IMG/VR virus record: IMGVR_UViG_3300042528_000247
Location: 1-29,559 of that record
Origin: a virus
Taxonomy: Duplodnaviria; Caudoviricetes
Strand: one strand, 5' to 3'
DNA: 29,559 nucleotides
Below the pieces are notes generated by a model that did no database searches, was not told the DNA's origin, and was given only the letters and a program-made list of their open reading frames with translations. Below, in pieces: positions 8,642 to 18,900 of this stretch; the stretch's first letter is position 1, and each line of letters starts with the position of its first letter. Position numbers and translations under genes: made by a program.

Positions 8642-8674
8642 AAAGCCCGCGCTTGGAAACAGGCGCGGGTTTTT
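8642..8674 (+). terminator. rho-independent terminator
   Basis: GCCCGCGCTTG-GAAA-CAGGCGCGGGT stem-loop followed by a T run. Confidence 0.9.
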
Positions 8675-8715
8675 GCTTGCCAATAACCGCATCCTGTAAT
8701 AGCTAGTCTGCACCT

Positions 8716-9015
8716 ATGGCAAAAGAAACACCATCAAACGACAGGCAAGTTGACGCACTCAAACGGCAGATTGCTAAACAGGAATCAGAACTAGACACGT
8801 TGAAAGGCAAGGCGCTAACGAAGGTCGCAAAGACCGACGATTCGTTCTCTGGATACAGCGGCAAATACAAAGACATTCGCACGGGCGAAATCGTTGCGCT
8901 AAAGGTTCTAGACGCGCATGAGGTTCGCTTTCTCCGAACGCACTTAGTCAAAGGCGAAAAGACAAGCGGCGATTACACGGCGGCGGATTTCCGCAGGCTT
9001 TTCGACAAGCTCTAG
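8716..9015 (+). CDS. hypothetical protein (99 aa)
   Basis: Clean ORF in operon orientation with an N-terminal coiled coil. Confidence 0.75.
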   Translation: MAKETPSNDRQVDALKRQIAKQESELDTLKGKALTKVAKTDDSFSGYSGKYKDIRTGEIVALKVLDAHEVRFLRTHLVKGEKTSGDYTAADFRRLFDKL

Positions 9016-9019
9016 GAAT

Positions 9020-9649
9020 ATGGCATCGAAGCTATTCGTGCCGATTCTCGATAACGGAACTGGCATCATAAAGGCGCAATATGTCTATTCCGCTTTAACG
9101 GCATTGACGGGACGCGGCATCGCGCTCGCTCGCTTTTCTCAGCCCTACCCAACTAGGATTATGAACATGGCAACGGCCACGTTTCTTTCCAGCGATTGCG
9201 ATGAAATGCTGATTATAGATTGCGACATCAACTTCACCCGCGAAGATGTGGACAAGTTGCTTTCGCATGACGTTCCGCTTGTGTATGGTCTCTATCCCAA
9301 GAAGGCACTTCCTCTGCAATGGTGTGTTGCCACGCTAACCGATGAAAACCCGTTCGGCGGCGACGAGCCGCTAGTTGAAGTCAAACGCGCAGGACGGGGC
9401 TTTATGCGCGTGCATCGCAGTGTTTTCGAGCGGATGAAACCGCTGGTGCCGGAGTATCACAACCACGGGCGTCCTGAGTGGCAATTCTGGCATGAAGGGT
9501 GCGACAATGACGGAGAATGGCGAAGCGAGGACTGGTGGTTTTGCGACAACTGGCGCAAGTTAGGCGGAAAAGTATTGGTGGATCAAACTATATGCTTGCA
9601 ACATATAGGCGATTACTCTTATGGTTCGCCTATTCCTAACAACTCCTAA
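9020..9649 (+). CDS. GT-A fold (GT2-like) glycosyltransferase
   Basis: 'MLIIDCD' DxD motif, 'VYGLYPKK', 'AGRGFMRVHRSVF', 'SEDWWFC' and 'LQHIG'. Confidence 0.85.
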   Translation: MASKLFVPILDNGTGIIKAQYVYSALTALTGRGIALARFSQPYPTRIMNMATATFLSSDCDEMLIIDCDINFTREDVDKLLSHDVPLVYGLYPKKALPLQWCVATLTDENPFGGDEPLVEVKRAGRGFMRVHRSVFERMKPLVPEYHNHGRPEWQFWHEGCDNDGEWRSEDWWFCDNWRKLGGKVLVDQTICLQHIGDYSYGSPIPNNS

Positions 9650-9661
9650 CCACATACTCAC

Positions 9662-10078
9662 ATGGCAGACCTCGCAGTAACAGCAGCTAACGTCCTTAAA
9701 TCTTCAAACGGCACTATTGCCGTTTTGACAGCAGCAACCGCAATCACACGCGGGCAATACATCTATACACTCGCCGCAGGAACGGCAGGGCTCGCGGACA
9801 GCAACGGCACGACTCCGGCCAATAGCGTAACGGGCGTCGCGCTCGCGGACGTTGCGGCGGGGCAACCCGTGCCATACGTGCCGACAGACACGGCGCTGAC
9901 TACGGGCTTCACCGCTAGCGCGGCTGGCGTTGTCATCTATCTCAGTAGCGACACGGCAGGCGCGGCGACCGAGACTTACGCCGACTTGGATTCCGGCTCT
10001 ACGGTGATTGTTCTCGGCAGTATGCTGACCACTACCACGATGAAATTCTCGCCACTTGTCGGCGGCGTCAAGCCGTAA
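9662..10078 (+). CDS. second decoration/cement-like virion protein
   Basis: Thr/Ala/Gly-rich, 'ATAITRGQYIY...TGVALADVAAGQPV...IYLS', resembling gene 7226. Confidence 0.6.
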   Translation: MADLAVTAANVLKSSNGTIAVLTAATAITRGQYIYTLAAGTAGLADSNGTTPANSVTGVALADVAAGQPVPYVPTDTALTTGFTASAAGVVIYLSSDTAGAATETYADLDSGSTVIVLGSMLTTTTMKFSPLVGGVKP

Positions 10079-10082
10079 GGCT

Positions 10083-10400
10083 ATGGCCTTGGATTTCAAG
10101 GCAGCGTCGTTGCGGGCGTTTAACGCCATGCTTAGTCCGTCTATGTATGGCGACACGCTTACATTCAACGGCAAAATCTATCCGTGCATTGCTCCGCCGA
10201 TTGAGCACACGAAGCGCATGGCTAACGCGAATTATGAAGAGCAGATGCCCGCAACTTTTCAAATGCTGGCGACTGATTTCACGGCCAGTGAAATTGCGAT
10301 TAAATCGGTGTTCGCCCATAACGACAGCGCGTTTCAAGTTATAGGAATCAAGCCACAGCGAGACGGCAGCGTTGAACTTCGCGCCAACCTCAAACAATGA
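10083..10400 (+). CDS. probable head-tail connector (gpFII-like)
   Basis: 105-aa beta-rich ORF at the head-tail junction; positional call. Confidence 0.55.
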   Translation: MALDFKAASLRAFNAMLSPSMYGDTLTFNGKIYPCIAPPIEHTKRMANANYEEQMPATFQMLATDFTASEIAIKSVFAHNDSAFQVIGIKPQRDGSVELRANLKQ

Positions 10401-10984
10401 AAAAGCCGGGCTTTAGCATTAGTGTTTCAACGATGCGAAAAAAAATCGCAGCGATGAAGCAGATTGCGGCAAGCCAATTTAAGCCGGACGTGATGGACTA
10501 CACGAAAAAGACGCTGGCGACGGCTTCGCGGATTACTCCCGTTCGTGATTTCTCGGTGATTCGTTCAAATCAAATCCAGAAAAAAGGAAACCAGTTTCAG
10601 CGCTGGCGCGAGCAAGGCGGGCGCGGAAAGACTAAAGCGCAATTTCTCGCGGGACGTGCTCCTGCGCGATTCCTTTACCGCGCATCATGGGGGCAGCTTG
10701 CGCGTTCGCTCGGCTTGCAGATTCCAGAAAGCCAGCAGGTCAAAAACGCCACGTCGCGACGCGACCCGATAAAAGCACCGCCTCGCGCCTACGGTCAAAT
10801 ACGCGGAGGAAAGCGCACGTTTTCAGTGGCGATGTTCAATCCATTTTTAGCCATACCTTCGCGCTATAAGAAATTCACGGGCGAACAAATCATTGCCGAC
10901 GCGCAGAAAAAACATGAGCGGCAATTCCGGCGCCAAGTGAACAAAAGGCTAAAGGTAACGCTTTTTGCCATAATGAACAAATGA
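10397..10984 (+). CDS. basic neck / tail-completion protein (HK97 gp10 or gpZ-like position)
   Basis: Very Lys/Arg-rich, ATGA-coupled on both sides; positional call. Confidence 0.5.
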   Translation: MKKPGFSISVSTMRKKIAAMKQIAASQFKPDVMDYTKKTLATASRITPVRDFSVIRSNQIQKKGNQFQRWREQGGRGKTKAQFLAGRAPARFLYRASWGQLARSLGLQIPESQQVKNATSRRDPIKAPPRAYGQIRGGKRTFSVAMFNPFLAIPSRYKKFTGEQIIADAQKKHERQFRRQVNKRLKVTLFAIMNK

Positions 10985-11460
10985 GCACCGATGAAATCTT
11001 CCAGTTTGAAAACAACCTAGAGTCTGCCTTTTGCGGGATTCTCAAAACTGCCACGCCTCACGTTTATCTTTCGCGCATGGTGGACTCGGCGCAATCTCCG
11101 CGCCTAGAAATCAAAGCGACAACGGGGCAAACACAGAATCACGCCAAGCTAGCCGTTGACCGCGTGCGCTGGATTTATGACGCATACGACGGCACGATTG
11201 AAGTGAAGGTTGTCACGAATCGCACAAGCGAGTCAAAGAGCGATGCACACGCAAAGCTAGTAGGACAGGCGCGGGCGCGTATGCAGCTTTACTACATCAC
11301 GCAGGAGTGGACTAAGCAGAACTCGCCATTGCTAGTTATGGACGTGCGCGAGGCTAGCTCTGACACTAGCTTTGACGATGAAATGAACCTCGACACTTCT
11401 ACGTTGACATTTGCAATATATTTCTCTATTAACCCTAACGCTTGGCCGACGAATCTCTAA
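10981..11460 (+). CDS. probable tail terminator protein
   Basis: 159 aa directly before the tail tube gene; positional call. Confidence 0.55.
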   Translation: MSTDEIFQFENNLESAFCGILKTATPHVYLSRMVDSAQSPRLEIKATTGQTQNHAKLAVDRVRWIYDAYDGTIEVKVVTNRTSESKSDAHAKLVGQARARMQLYYITQEWTKQNSPLLVMDVREASSDTSFDDEMNLDTSTLTFAIYFSINPNAWPTNL

Positions 11461-11478
11461 ACCTAACCACTCACTCAA

Positions 11479-11859
11479 ATGGCAATACCGAACCAGATCC
11501 TTGATGGCACTCCCGCCTATGGGACAACCACGATCACAATCAACGCAGTCACATACATCGTCAATAAAAAGACGATCACGCCTAACTGGGCATCTACGGA
11601 AGATTTCACGGCGGCTGGATTGCCTAACCGTAAGCACTGGACAAAGGGGCGTTACACTTGGCAGGCTGAATTGCAGCTTGCTAGCGGCTCGACAGCGTTT
11701 CCTGCTCCGGGCGCGACCTTCACCGATACGCCTCCGAACGAGACTAGCGCCGTAACTTTTGCCGTTACCGTAGTCCCGCAGGAAGAGGACAACACGCCGG
11801 GCGGAATCCGCGTCGTGAATGTCACAGCAGAGAGCGGTTCGTCCTTCACCACAGCCTAA
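11479..11859 (+). CDS. major tail tube protein
   Basis: 126-aa Thr-rich beta protein with an A/C-rich leader, upstream of the chaperone and tape measure genes. Confidence 0.65.
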   Translation: MAIPNQILDGTPAYGTTTITINAVTYIVNKKTITPNWASTEDFTAAGLPNRKHWTKGRYTWQAELQLASGSTAFPAPGATFTDTPPNETSAVTFAVTVVPQEEDNTPGGIRVVNVTAESGSSFTTA

Positions 11860-11863
11860 TAAT

Positions 11864-12568
11864 GTGGCGGGCCAATCTTGCATCCTCGGCTTTGATGAAG
11901 CGATAGCGAGCGAAAGGCGCGACCGTTCCAAGGCGTTGCTTGGACTCCCTGAGTTAATTGGCGGCATCGTTTGTATGCCTTTGACTCTTCGCCGCTTTGA
12001 GTGGTTGCGTGCGTATGATTCGCCGTTCGTTTGCGGCGGGAAGATAACGGACGCGGCGGTGCTGCAATTCCTTTGGTTCGTTTCGCCGCTATTCCCGTTT
12101 GATGCCGTGCAGGAGGGGCGAGACGCTTTCATTGAAACAAACGCGACCTTGGATGTTGTGGCAGCATTGGAGGGCATAGACGCATTTCTCGATGCGGCAT
12201 TTCTCGATGCTCCTACTGGCTCAACGTGCAAGCCGTATTACTCGCCAACGGCGGGACTGTATCACAGCTTAAACGAAAGCTATCCATCCGGCGAATGGAC
12301 ATTGGAGCGCGTGCTAGATTCGCCGCTGAACGTCATTTATCAGCTAATCAAAGCGGCGGATCGTTCTCGCGGTTGCGTAGTAGTCAATCGCAGAAGCGAC
12401 GAGATTGCTAGCAAATGGGGCGATGCGCTCGAAACAATCACAAAGCCGGAGAAAACCGTTGTGCGCGAGATTAACCGCAAGCGCAAGCAGGGCTATCTCC
12501 TAGTCAGCCAACCGTCACGCAATCGAGACGGCACTTACTCTTTTTCAATGCAGAAACCTAACAACTAA
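11864..12568 (+). CDS. probable tail assembly chaperone
   Basis: Between tube and tape measure genes; GTG at 11864 avoids overlap with the tube gene; start uncertain. Confidence 0.5.
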   Translation: MAGQSCILGFDEAIASERRDRSKALLGLPELIGGIVCMPLTLRRFEWLRAYDSPFVCGGKITDAAVLQFLWFVSPLFPFDAVQEGRDAFIETNATLDVVAALEGIDAFLDAAFLDAPTGSTCKPYYSPTAGLYHSLNESYPSGEWTLERVLDSPLNVIYQLIKAADRSRGCVVVNRRSDEIASKWGDALETITKPEKTVVREINRKRKQGYLLVSQPSRNRDGTYSFSMQKPNN

Positions 12569-12569
12569 G

Positions 12570-14195
12570 ATGGCCGGAAAAAACGACATACTAGCGACGG
12601 CGGGAGTGGATTTGTCAGCGTTTGAAGCTGGCATTGCCAAGCTAACCTCGCGCTTGGATGCCGTGGAGAAAAGCGGAGATAGGGCAGGCAAGGGAATTAA
12701 GAAAACCGTAGAAGAGGTTCAGAAACTAAAAAACATCCAAACAGCGCAGGCTTTTTCGTCCGCGCTTTTGGGGATAGCCAGCAACGCAGGAGTCGCGGCG
12801 AGCGCCGTATCTGAATTAAATGCGTCCTCTGGAATCGGCGGGTCTTCGCCATTGCTTAAAACATTCTCAGCAATCAGTGATGCCGCCGCAAATATCCCCG
12901 GCGCTGTTGGAATTATAGCGTCCGGCGTTAGCGCTGCAACGGCACAAATAGCGCAGAGCTTTACTGTCCTAAACAAGTATCAGGGACTAGCGCGAAAGGA
13001 TGGAATTTCTACCAAGTCGGCAATAGAGAAAGAAATCGAACTGCAAAAGGAATTTATCGCGGCACAAAATACAGCCTTTGCCGCCGCACATCATTTATTT
13101 GGAGCGCAAACAGACAACGAGCGCACGCTTGCGAATATGCGCGAGGCGAACTCTTCTCAGTTCGGACTTCAATCCAAAAAAGAGGTTGCCCTAATTAAAG
13201 ACAAAACAGCGGGCGCGGCAGAGCGTTTATCGCTGATGCAGGTAGAGCAGGAACGGCAGCAAAATATATCCGATCTGAACGCTGAATTGCAAAATCAGTT
13301 TAGCGGCGGCGTGATGGATAAAGATGCGCTAAAAGTGCGCGATGCTGTGCTCAACAAGATTAACGCGGAAGCGGAATCTAAGAAGAAAATACTGGCGGTT
13401 GCGGAGACAACAGAGAAATCGGAAACCGACCTTTCAAACATTATCGCTAAGCGTGACGTGACGCTAGGTTCTCAGCTTACAATCATTGAAGCAACAGGCA
13501 CGGCGGTTGAACGCCAGCTTGCGGAAATCGAAAAGCAGGGACTCGGCCAAACGAAACAAGCGGCAGACTTGCGCGCAGAGTTGAATGAGCAGGTTTTAGC
13601 AAAGCAGAATTACTATTACATAAACGGCAAAGACCTAGAGCAGCAAAAGCTAATCACAGCGCAGATTAACGCGCAGGCGGCGGGCAATAAAAAGCTCGCG
13701 GCACTAGCTCAGATTCGCGCTCAGTTTGAATTACAGATTGCGGACGCTATTCGCCAAGGCAACGCGCCAAAAGCTAAGGAGCTTGCGAATCAACAAGCGG
13801 CGGCAGAGCTAGGCGTTCGGGCGGCAGACATCCGCAAAAATCCACAGCAGAGGGCGCAGGAAGTGAAGGAACAGCAGGCGCAAGGGCTGGCCGAAAGAAC
13901 TGCAAACGCTAGGGATAAAGACATTAAAGCTAGGGCCGACGCCATTAGGAAATCAAAACGCAAAGACGACCCTTCGCTTTTTAATGAAAAGGAAGGAAGA
14001 TTCAAAACAGACGATGAGCTATTAGGCCGCACAGATTCAACTAATCGCAAAAGCAAGGCGGACGAAAAAGCGCGTCAGGAATTTGCGGATAGAAACGAAA
14101 AGCGCCTTTTGGATGCAGGAAAAGACGCAATCAACAAAGCGAATAACTTCCAAGCGGAGAACTTTATTGCAGGAAAAATAATGAACGCACCATGA
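12570..14195 (+). CDS. tape measure protein (541 aa)
   Basis: N-terminal 'GVDLSAFEAGI', long Ala/Gln/Glu/Lys helical sequence, position. Confidence 0.8.
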   Translation: MAGKNDILATAGVDLSAFEAGIAKLTSRLDAVEKSGDRAGKGIKKTVEEVQKLKNIQTAQAFSSALLGIASNAGVAASAVSELNASSGIGGSSPLLKTFSAISDAAANIPGAVGIIASGVSAATAQIAQSFTVLNKYQGLARKDGISTKSAIEKEIELQKEFIAAQNTAFAAAHHLFGAQTDNERTLANMREANSSQFGLQSKKEVALIKDKTAGAAERLSLMQVEQERQQNISDLNAELQNQFSGGVMDKDALKVRDAVLNKINAEAESKKKILAVAETTEKSETDLSNIIAKRDVTLGSQLTIIEATGTAVERQLAEIEKQGLGQTKQAADLRAELNEQVLAKQNYYYINGKDLEQQKLITAQINAQAAGNKKLAALAQIRAQFELQIADAIRQGNAPKAKELANQQAAAELGVRAADIRKNPQQRAQEVKEQQAQGLAERTANARDKDIKARADAIRKSKRKDDPSLFNEKEGRFKTDDELLGRTDSTNRKSKADEKARQEFADRNEKRLLDAGKDAINKANNFQAENFIAGKIMNAP

Positions 14196-14860
14196 GTGTC
14201 CCAAATCAAATCAGAGACGGCGACTGGACGGTTGCAACGCAAGACGGCCCGGCTACGTGGTCGCTTCCGTTTCAGTCGAAAGGCGACACGCAGAGCTTTG
14301 AATACAAGGCGAAGTTCATGCAATACGCGGCGAATTATACGCCGTTGAAAAACTCACTCGCGCCGTTCAACACGCCACCGACGACGAATCACGAGCAGCT
14401 TTCAACGATTACCGTGACACGCGGGGGCGTTCCAGTTACCGCATACCTCATTGACGAAAGCGACACGACGGACGAGGGGTGCGGCATCCTTTCCTTTACG
14501 CGCACTTACGCCAGCTTGCCTAGCACGCGCACGGAGCAGAGCACTATTACCTATCCTTTCCAGTTTGTTAGCACGACGCTTTCTTACGATTGGACATCGC
14601 CGCCAGTTGCGCCGGAGGTTGCGGAGCTTCCCATCACAGTGAACGCTGATATTGTTTATGAATACAGCCTCACGAAGCCCTCGATTATCTACGCGCCGAA
14701 AGTGTTCTCCGTGTTTGGGCGGCTGGTTTATATCGGCTCGCCTACTCCGCTAGGCGCGGGCTACTTTGTCGCGGAAGATTCAGCGATTGAACTTTATCGC
14801 GGATTCTTTTACCAGCGCAAGGCGGTTTATGTTAGCTGGTCACAATTTACTTCGCCATAA
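14192..14860 (+). CDS. tail tip / distal tail protein
   Basis: ATGA-coupled directly after the tape measure gene; beta-rich. Confidence 0.6.
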   Translation: MSVPNQIRDGDWTVATQDGPATWSLPFQSKGDTQSFEYKAKFMQYAANYTPLKNSLAPFNTPPTTNHEQLSTITVTRGGVPVTAYLIDESDTTDEGCGILSFTRTYASLPSTRTEQSTITYPFQFVSTTLSYDWTSPPVAPEVAELPITVNADIVYEYSLTKPSIIYAPKVFSVFGRLVYIGSPTPLGAGYFVAEDSAIELYRGFFYQRKAVYVSWSQFTSP

Positions 14861-15879
14861 TGGATAAGCTGCCACAAATGGGAGAGGATGCGTTCAAAGA
14901 TGGATTTCTTTCTAAGCAATTCGGAAACCGCATTATTGACCGCATGAATAGAGATTGGCAGGTTTTCCTGCCTCCCGGCGCGGGCAGCGGGCGCGTTATC
15001 GAGAGCGATCTAAACATCTGCCTCGATTTGACAAAGGCGAAACTTGGATGGGACGGCACATGGAATCAGCCGTCACCTCCGCCCTATTTGCCGCCGTGGA
15101 ATCTTTACCCCACGATGCGCGGCACGCTAGCAATTCCTTTCGGCTACGACAGCGGCACGGGCACTTGGACTTGCACGAACATTAACCACGGGCTAGAGCT
15201 TAATTCACCCGTCACGATTGCGCTGACTACGGCAGGCACGGGCACGATGAGCAGCGCGTTTGCGACGGCGACAACCTACTATGCACGCGACATTACAGCC
15301 AGCACGCTAAAGCTGGCGGCATCAGCGGGCGGGGCGGCAATCACGGGCGGAACGAACGGAAGCGGCATGACGCTGGTTTATGCGGGGCTAGCGTTGAAGA
15401 TAAATCCGATTTCTACGTTGATGCGGACGTTCGGGTATCGCGGACAGTGGGTGGACTCCACATGGAAAGACCGGATGACCGTGACCAATTTCACGAACAC
15501 GTTCATTTTAACAAATTCGGATCATGTGGTTTATACGGAGGTCGCCTATACGAGCGGAGCCATCAGCACCGCTACCGTAAAAAGCGGAGCAAGGTGGGAT
15601 TCAAATCTAACGTATGCATTGACTGACAATCGCGTCTCAGCGGGTGGAACTTTCACATGGTATCAACTTCTAGGATATTTGAAAATTTCCACAGACCCCG
15701 GCGGCGATGGATACGATGTAAAAATAAGCGGGACATGGTATAGGCTCATGTGTCCTACTACCACGCACTTGATGCAGGGATATGTTAGGGGATCAGACGA
15801 CAGCTCAAACATCGATCCGACTCCTATTGATTTATATGCAATCGTTCCTTGGCATGGATGCGTCTGGCAAGGTTCATAA
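14860..15879 (+). CDS. minor tail protein
   Basis: TAATG-coupled; Pro linker, then an 'NHGL...YYARDITASTLKLAAS' beta module of the kind seen in phage tail proteins. Confidence 0.6.
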   Translation: MDKLPQMGEDAFKDGFLSKQFGNRIIDRMNRDWQVFLPPGAGSGRVIESDLNICLDLTKAKLGWDGTWNQPSPPPYLPPWNLYPTMRGTLAIPFGYDSGTGTWTCTNINHGLELNSPVTIALTTAGTGTMSSAFATATTYYARDITASTLKLAASAGGAAITGGTNGSGMTLVYAGLALKINPISTLMRTFGYRGQWVDSTWKDRMTVTNFTNTFILTNSDHVVYTEVAYTSGAISTATVKSGARWDSNLTYALTDNRVSAGGTFTWYQLLGYLKISTDPGGDGYDVKISGTWYRLMCPTTTHLMQGYVRGSDDSSNIDPTPIDLYAIVPWHGCVWQGS

Positions 15880-15907
15880 TTGACATATTTTTTCACCTAG
15901 CTATAAC
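15880..15907 (+). promoter_or_regulatory. sigma70-like promoter for the fibre/lysis genes
   Basis: TTGACA-N16-TATAAC, 10 nt before the ATG at 15918. Confidence 0.6.
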
Positions 15908-15917
15908 ACTTTAAGCG

Positions 15918-18900
15918 ATGCCTCTCGACCTAATAACCAATACAGCAGACCCGCAACAACGCGGACTAATCGTCAGCATCTTAGAGGGAGGCATCGCCCC
16001 TTTTCCCAACTTCACGCGGAATGATACAAGCGTGGCAATTCGTATCTTGCCCGTCGTGCCTTCGACAACAGAGACGCGGGCGTTTGATGTGGATTATGTT
16101 GCCGGAGATAGCTACGCGGTAAGCATCGGCGCAGCGAATGAAGCACCAACGGCGGGCACCTTTTCGCTGGAGGTTGACGGCGTGAGCACAGACCTAACCT
16201 CGCTCGACTTCGATGTAAGCGCGGAAGACTTGGAAGACCCACTATCGGCGGCAAGCGTAGCGGGCGGTAATCCAGCCGTGACGGTCACGCTTTTGAGCGA
16301 GGGCGTCTATCAAGTGGACGGAGCAACGAATGGCGTGCTTCCTACAATCACGGCAGATGCCGCAAACCTAATCCCAGTCTGCTCTGCGGTCGTCACCGTC
16401 ATCGCAGCGGGAACCGTTTCGACAAAGGGGCAGCAAATCATACGGCTTGTGCAACAGCCCGCAGCCTATGCTACTCCAGCGACCGCGCTCCCCGTTGCCA
16501 GCGTAACGGTATCTACTGAACAAGCCGCAAGTTCATCGCTGAATAAAATAATTCGCATTGCGTTCGCCGCTGGCACGTATGGCGGGCTTTATAGTCTCTC
16601 CGCGACGGTCAACGGCGTTACGGCGGTGTGCGGCAGCGTTTCGCCCGTGGCGAGCGTTGGCGAGCTTTCTACGGTGCTGGGGCGTCATCCTCAGCTACGC
16701 TATAATAGCACGACGGCGGCAGATAACTTTACCGTATCGACAGACGGCGCGGCGTTTCTTGTGGAGTTTATCGGCACTCTCGGCGGGCCATCCGATCCTA
16801 GTCTAAGCGCAACGGATATTTCGCTGCTCGCCCCGTTTGGCGCGAGCGGAACGATTTCGCTAAATACGGTCAACATGGCGAAGCTCTTTTGGAGCGAGGG
16901 GGTTGATTCGCTCGCGCTTACGCTAACCGTTGTCAGAACGCGGGCAAGCGGCGAGGTTAAGACGATTCTCTCGATTCCCGTTACGGTGCCCGCTGACTTG
17001 ATTGACGCGGGCGCATTAACCACGCTGGACGGTTACGCGGGCGTTGTTCGCTTCGATGTTGCCCAAAGCCTAACAGCGGGCCAAAAGCTGCAAGCCGTCA
17101 CAAATCAGGGGTTGAACCTAACCGCCTCACAGTTACTTGGACAAGCGAGCAGTGGAGGAACTGGATTGCCAGTTGCAATCACTCTAGGCACAAACCTAAG
17201 TATGAGCGGCACGACGCTGAACGCGGTGGATTCAGCTACGGGCACAGTGACTAGCGTTTCCGTGACAACGGCAAACGGCGTTAGCGGAACGGTGGCAACA
17301 GCGACAACCACGCCAGCGATTAGCTTAACGCTTGGCGCAATTACGCCGACTAGCGTGAATGGCGTCACGTTCAGCGGCAGCGGATCGCTAGCCAATAGCG
17401 GCACAAGCTCACTTACTGGATTCACGGGCAGCGGCACTAGCAGCGGCACGAACACCGGAGATCAGACCAGCGTGAGCGGAAACGCAGGAACGGCGACGGC
17501 GCTTGCTACGGCTCGCAACATTTTCAACATTAGTTTTAACGGCACGTCAAATGTTGCTGGCGATGCAGTGAACACGGGACACTTCGCTAGTATTCCAGGC
17601 ACTGGCGAGGCGGGCCATTTCATCACTGAGAACGGAACCGTGCCGACACTTATAGCCGGACGCTCGGCTTGGTATTCCAATGGCAGCGGAGTCCCTTCTT
17701 TCAAAAATGGAACTGGCACTGCTGTTACGCTTGTGCGTAGTTCCGACTTAGGCACAGGAGTTGCAACTTTCCTCGCCACTCCAAGCTCTGCAAATCTCGC
17801 GGCGGCAGTTACGGATGAAACTGGCAGCGGTGCGTTGGTGTTTGGCACTTCCCCAACAATCACCACAGGGATCGTCGCAGGCAGCGCGACAATGGCTTTG
17901 CTGAACACCATGGCAACGACCGTGAACGCTTTTGGCGCGGCGGCAAATATTGTGATGGGCGGGGCGAATGCCAGTGGGACAACAACACTCTCACAAGTAT
18001 ATGTGCCGCTCAATTCTCTAACATCCGGCACAGGGCTTTATCTAGCTTCAACCTCTTTAACGTCAGGCAAGCTGCTTGATATTTCAACCACTAGCTTAAA
18101 TGTAAGCGGTTCAATCGTTGGATTAAACATTGGACTGTCAGGCTCTAACTTTACCTCAGTTGTCACAACCACAGGCGCGGCGATCTCAAATACGCGCACG
18201 GGGTCTTTCTCAACTAACAATGCGCTTACGCTGACCGCATCCGGAGGGACAACTAACAATGCGCTGAACATCACGGCGGGCAATTCGCTCTTCCCTAACG
18301 GTTCCGCAAGCGCGCCTTCTATCCAATTTGGATCGGATACCGATTGCGGGATATATTACATCGGAACAAATAATTTTGGATTTGCAACTGGCGGAACTTT
18401 GCGCTGGCATATTTCCAGCAGTGGTCATTTGTTCTCTGGATCAGGCAACTATGATTACAACATCAGTGCGTCTTTGATCAAAGGCTCAAGCGGATCTGTC
18501 TCAACGCCGACATTCACCTTTGGAAGCTCCGGCGACGAAAACACTGGGATGTATCGCGTGGGCGAGGATCAAATCGGTTTCACGGCTGGCGGCACATTGC
18601 GCGTCACGGTCAGCACAACTGGCGTTACTATTGCTAACGCTCTCGCCGTCACAGGCGCAACCACGCTGACGGGGCTTCTCACAGCTAACGGCGGAATCAC
18701 TTTAGGCGATGCGCAGAACATCGCTTTCAACACGACGACCGGAACGAAGATAGGCGCGGCAACAACGCAGAAACTCAGCTTCTGGAATGCGACGCCAATC
18801 GTTCAGCCGACAACGGCAGTTGCCAGCGCAACCGTTGCTCACACGGGCGGCGGGACAAATATCAAAACGGACGACACGTTTGACGGCTACACGATTGCAC

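Noticed and set aside
11332-12231. 299-aa antisense ORF over tail genes, and the similar 26486-27193 + strand ORF
   Set aside because: Each spans several well-supported opposite-strand genes and lacks motifs.
11864-12568. Lambda G/GT-type programmed frameshift in the tail chaperone
   Set aside because: A single ORF runs up to the tape measure start; I found no convincing slippery site with a useful second frame.
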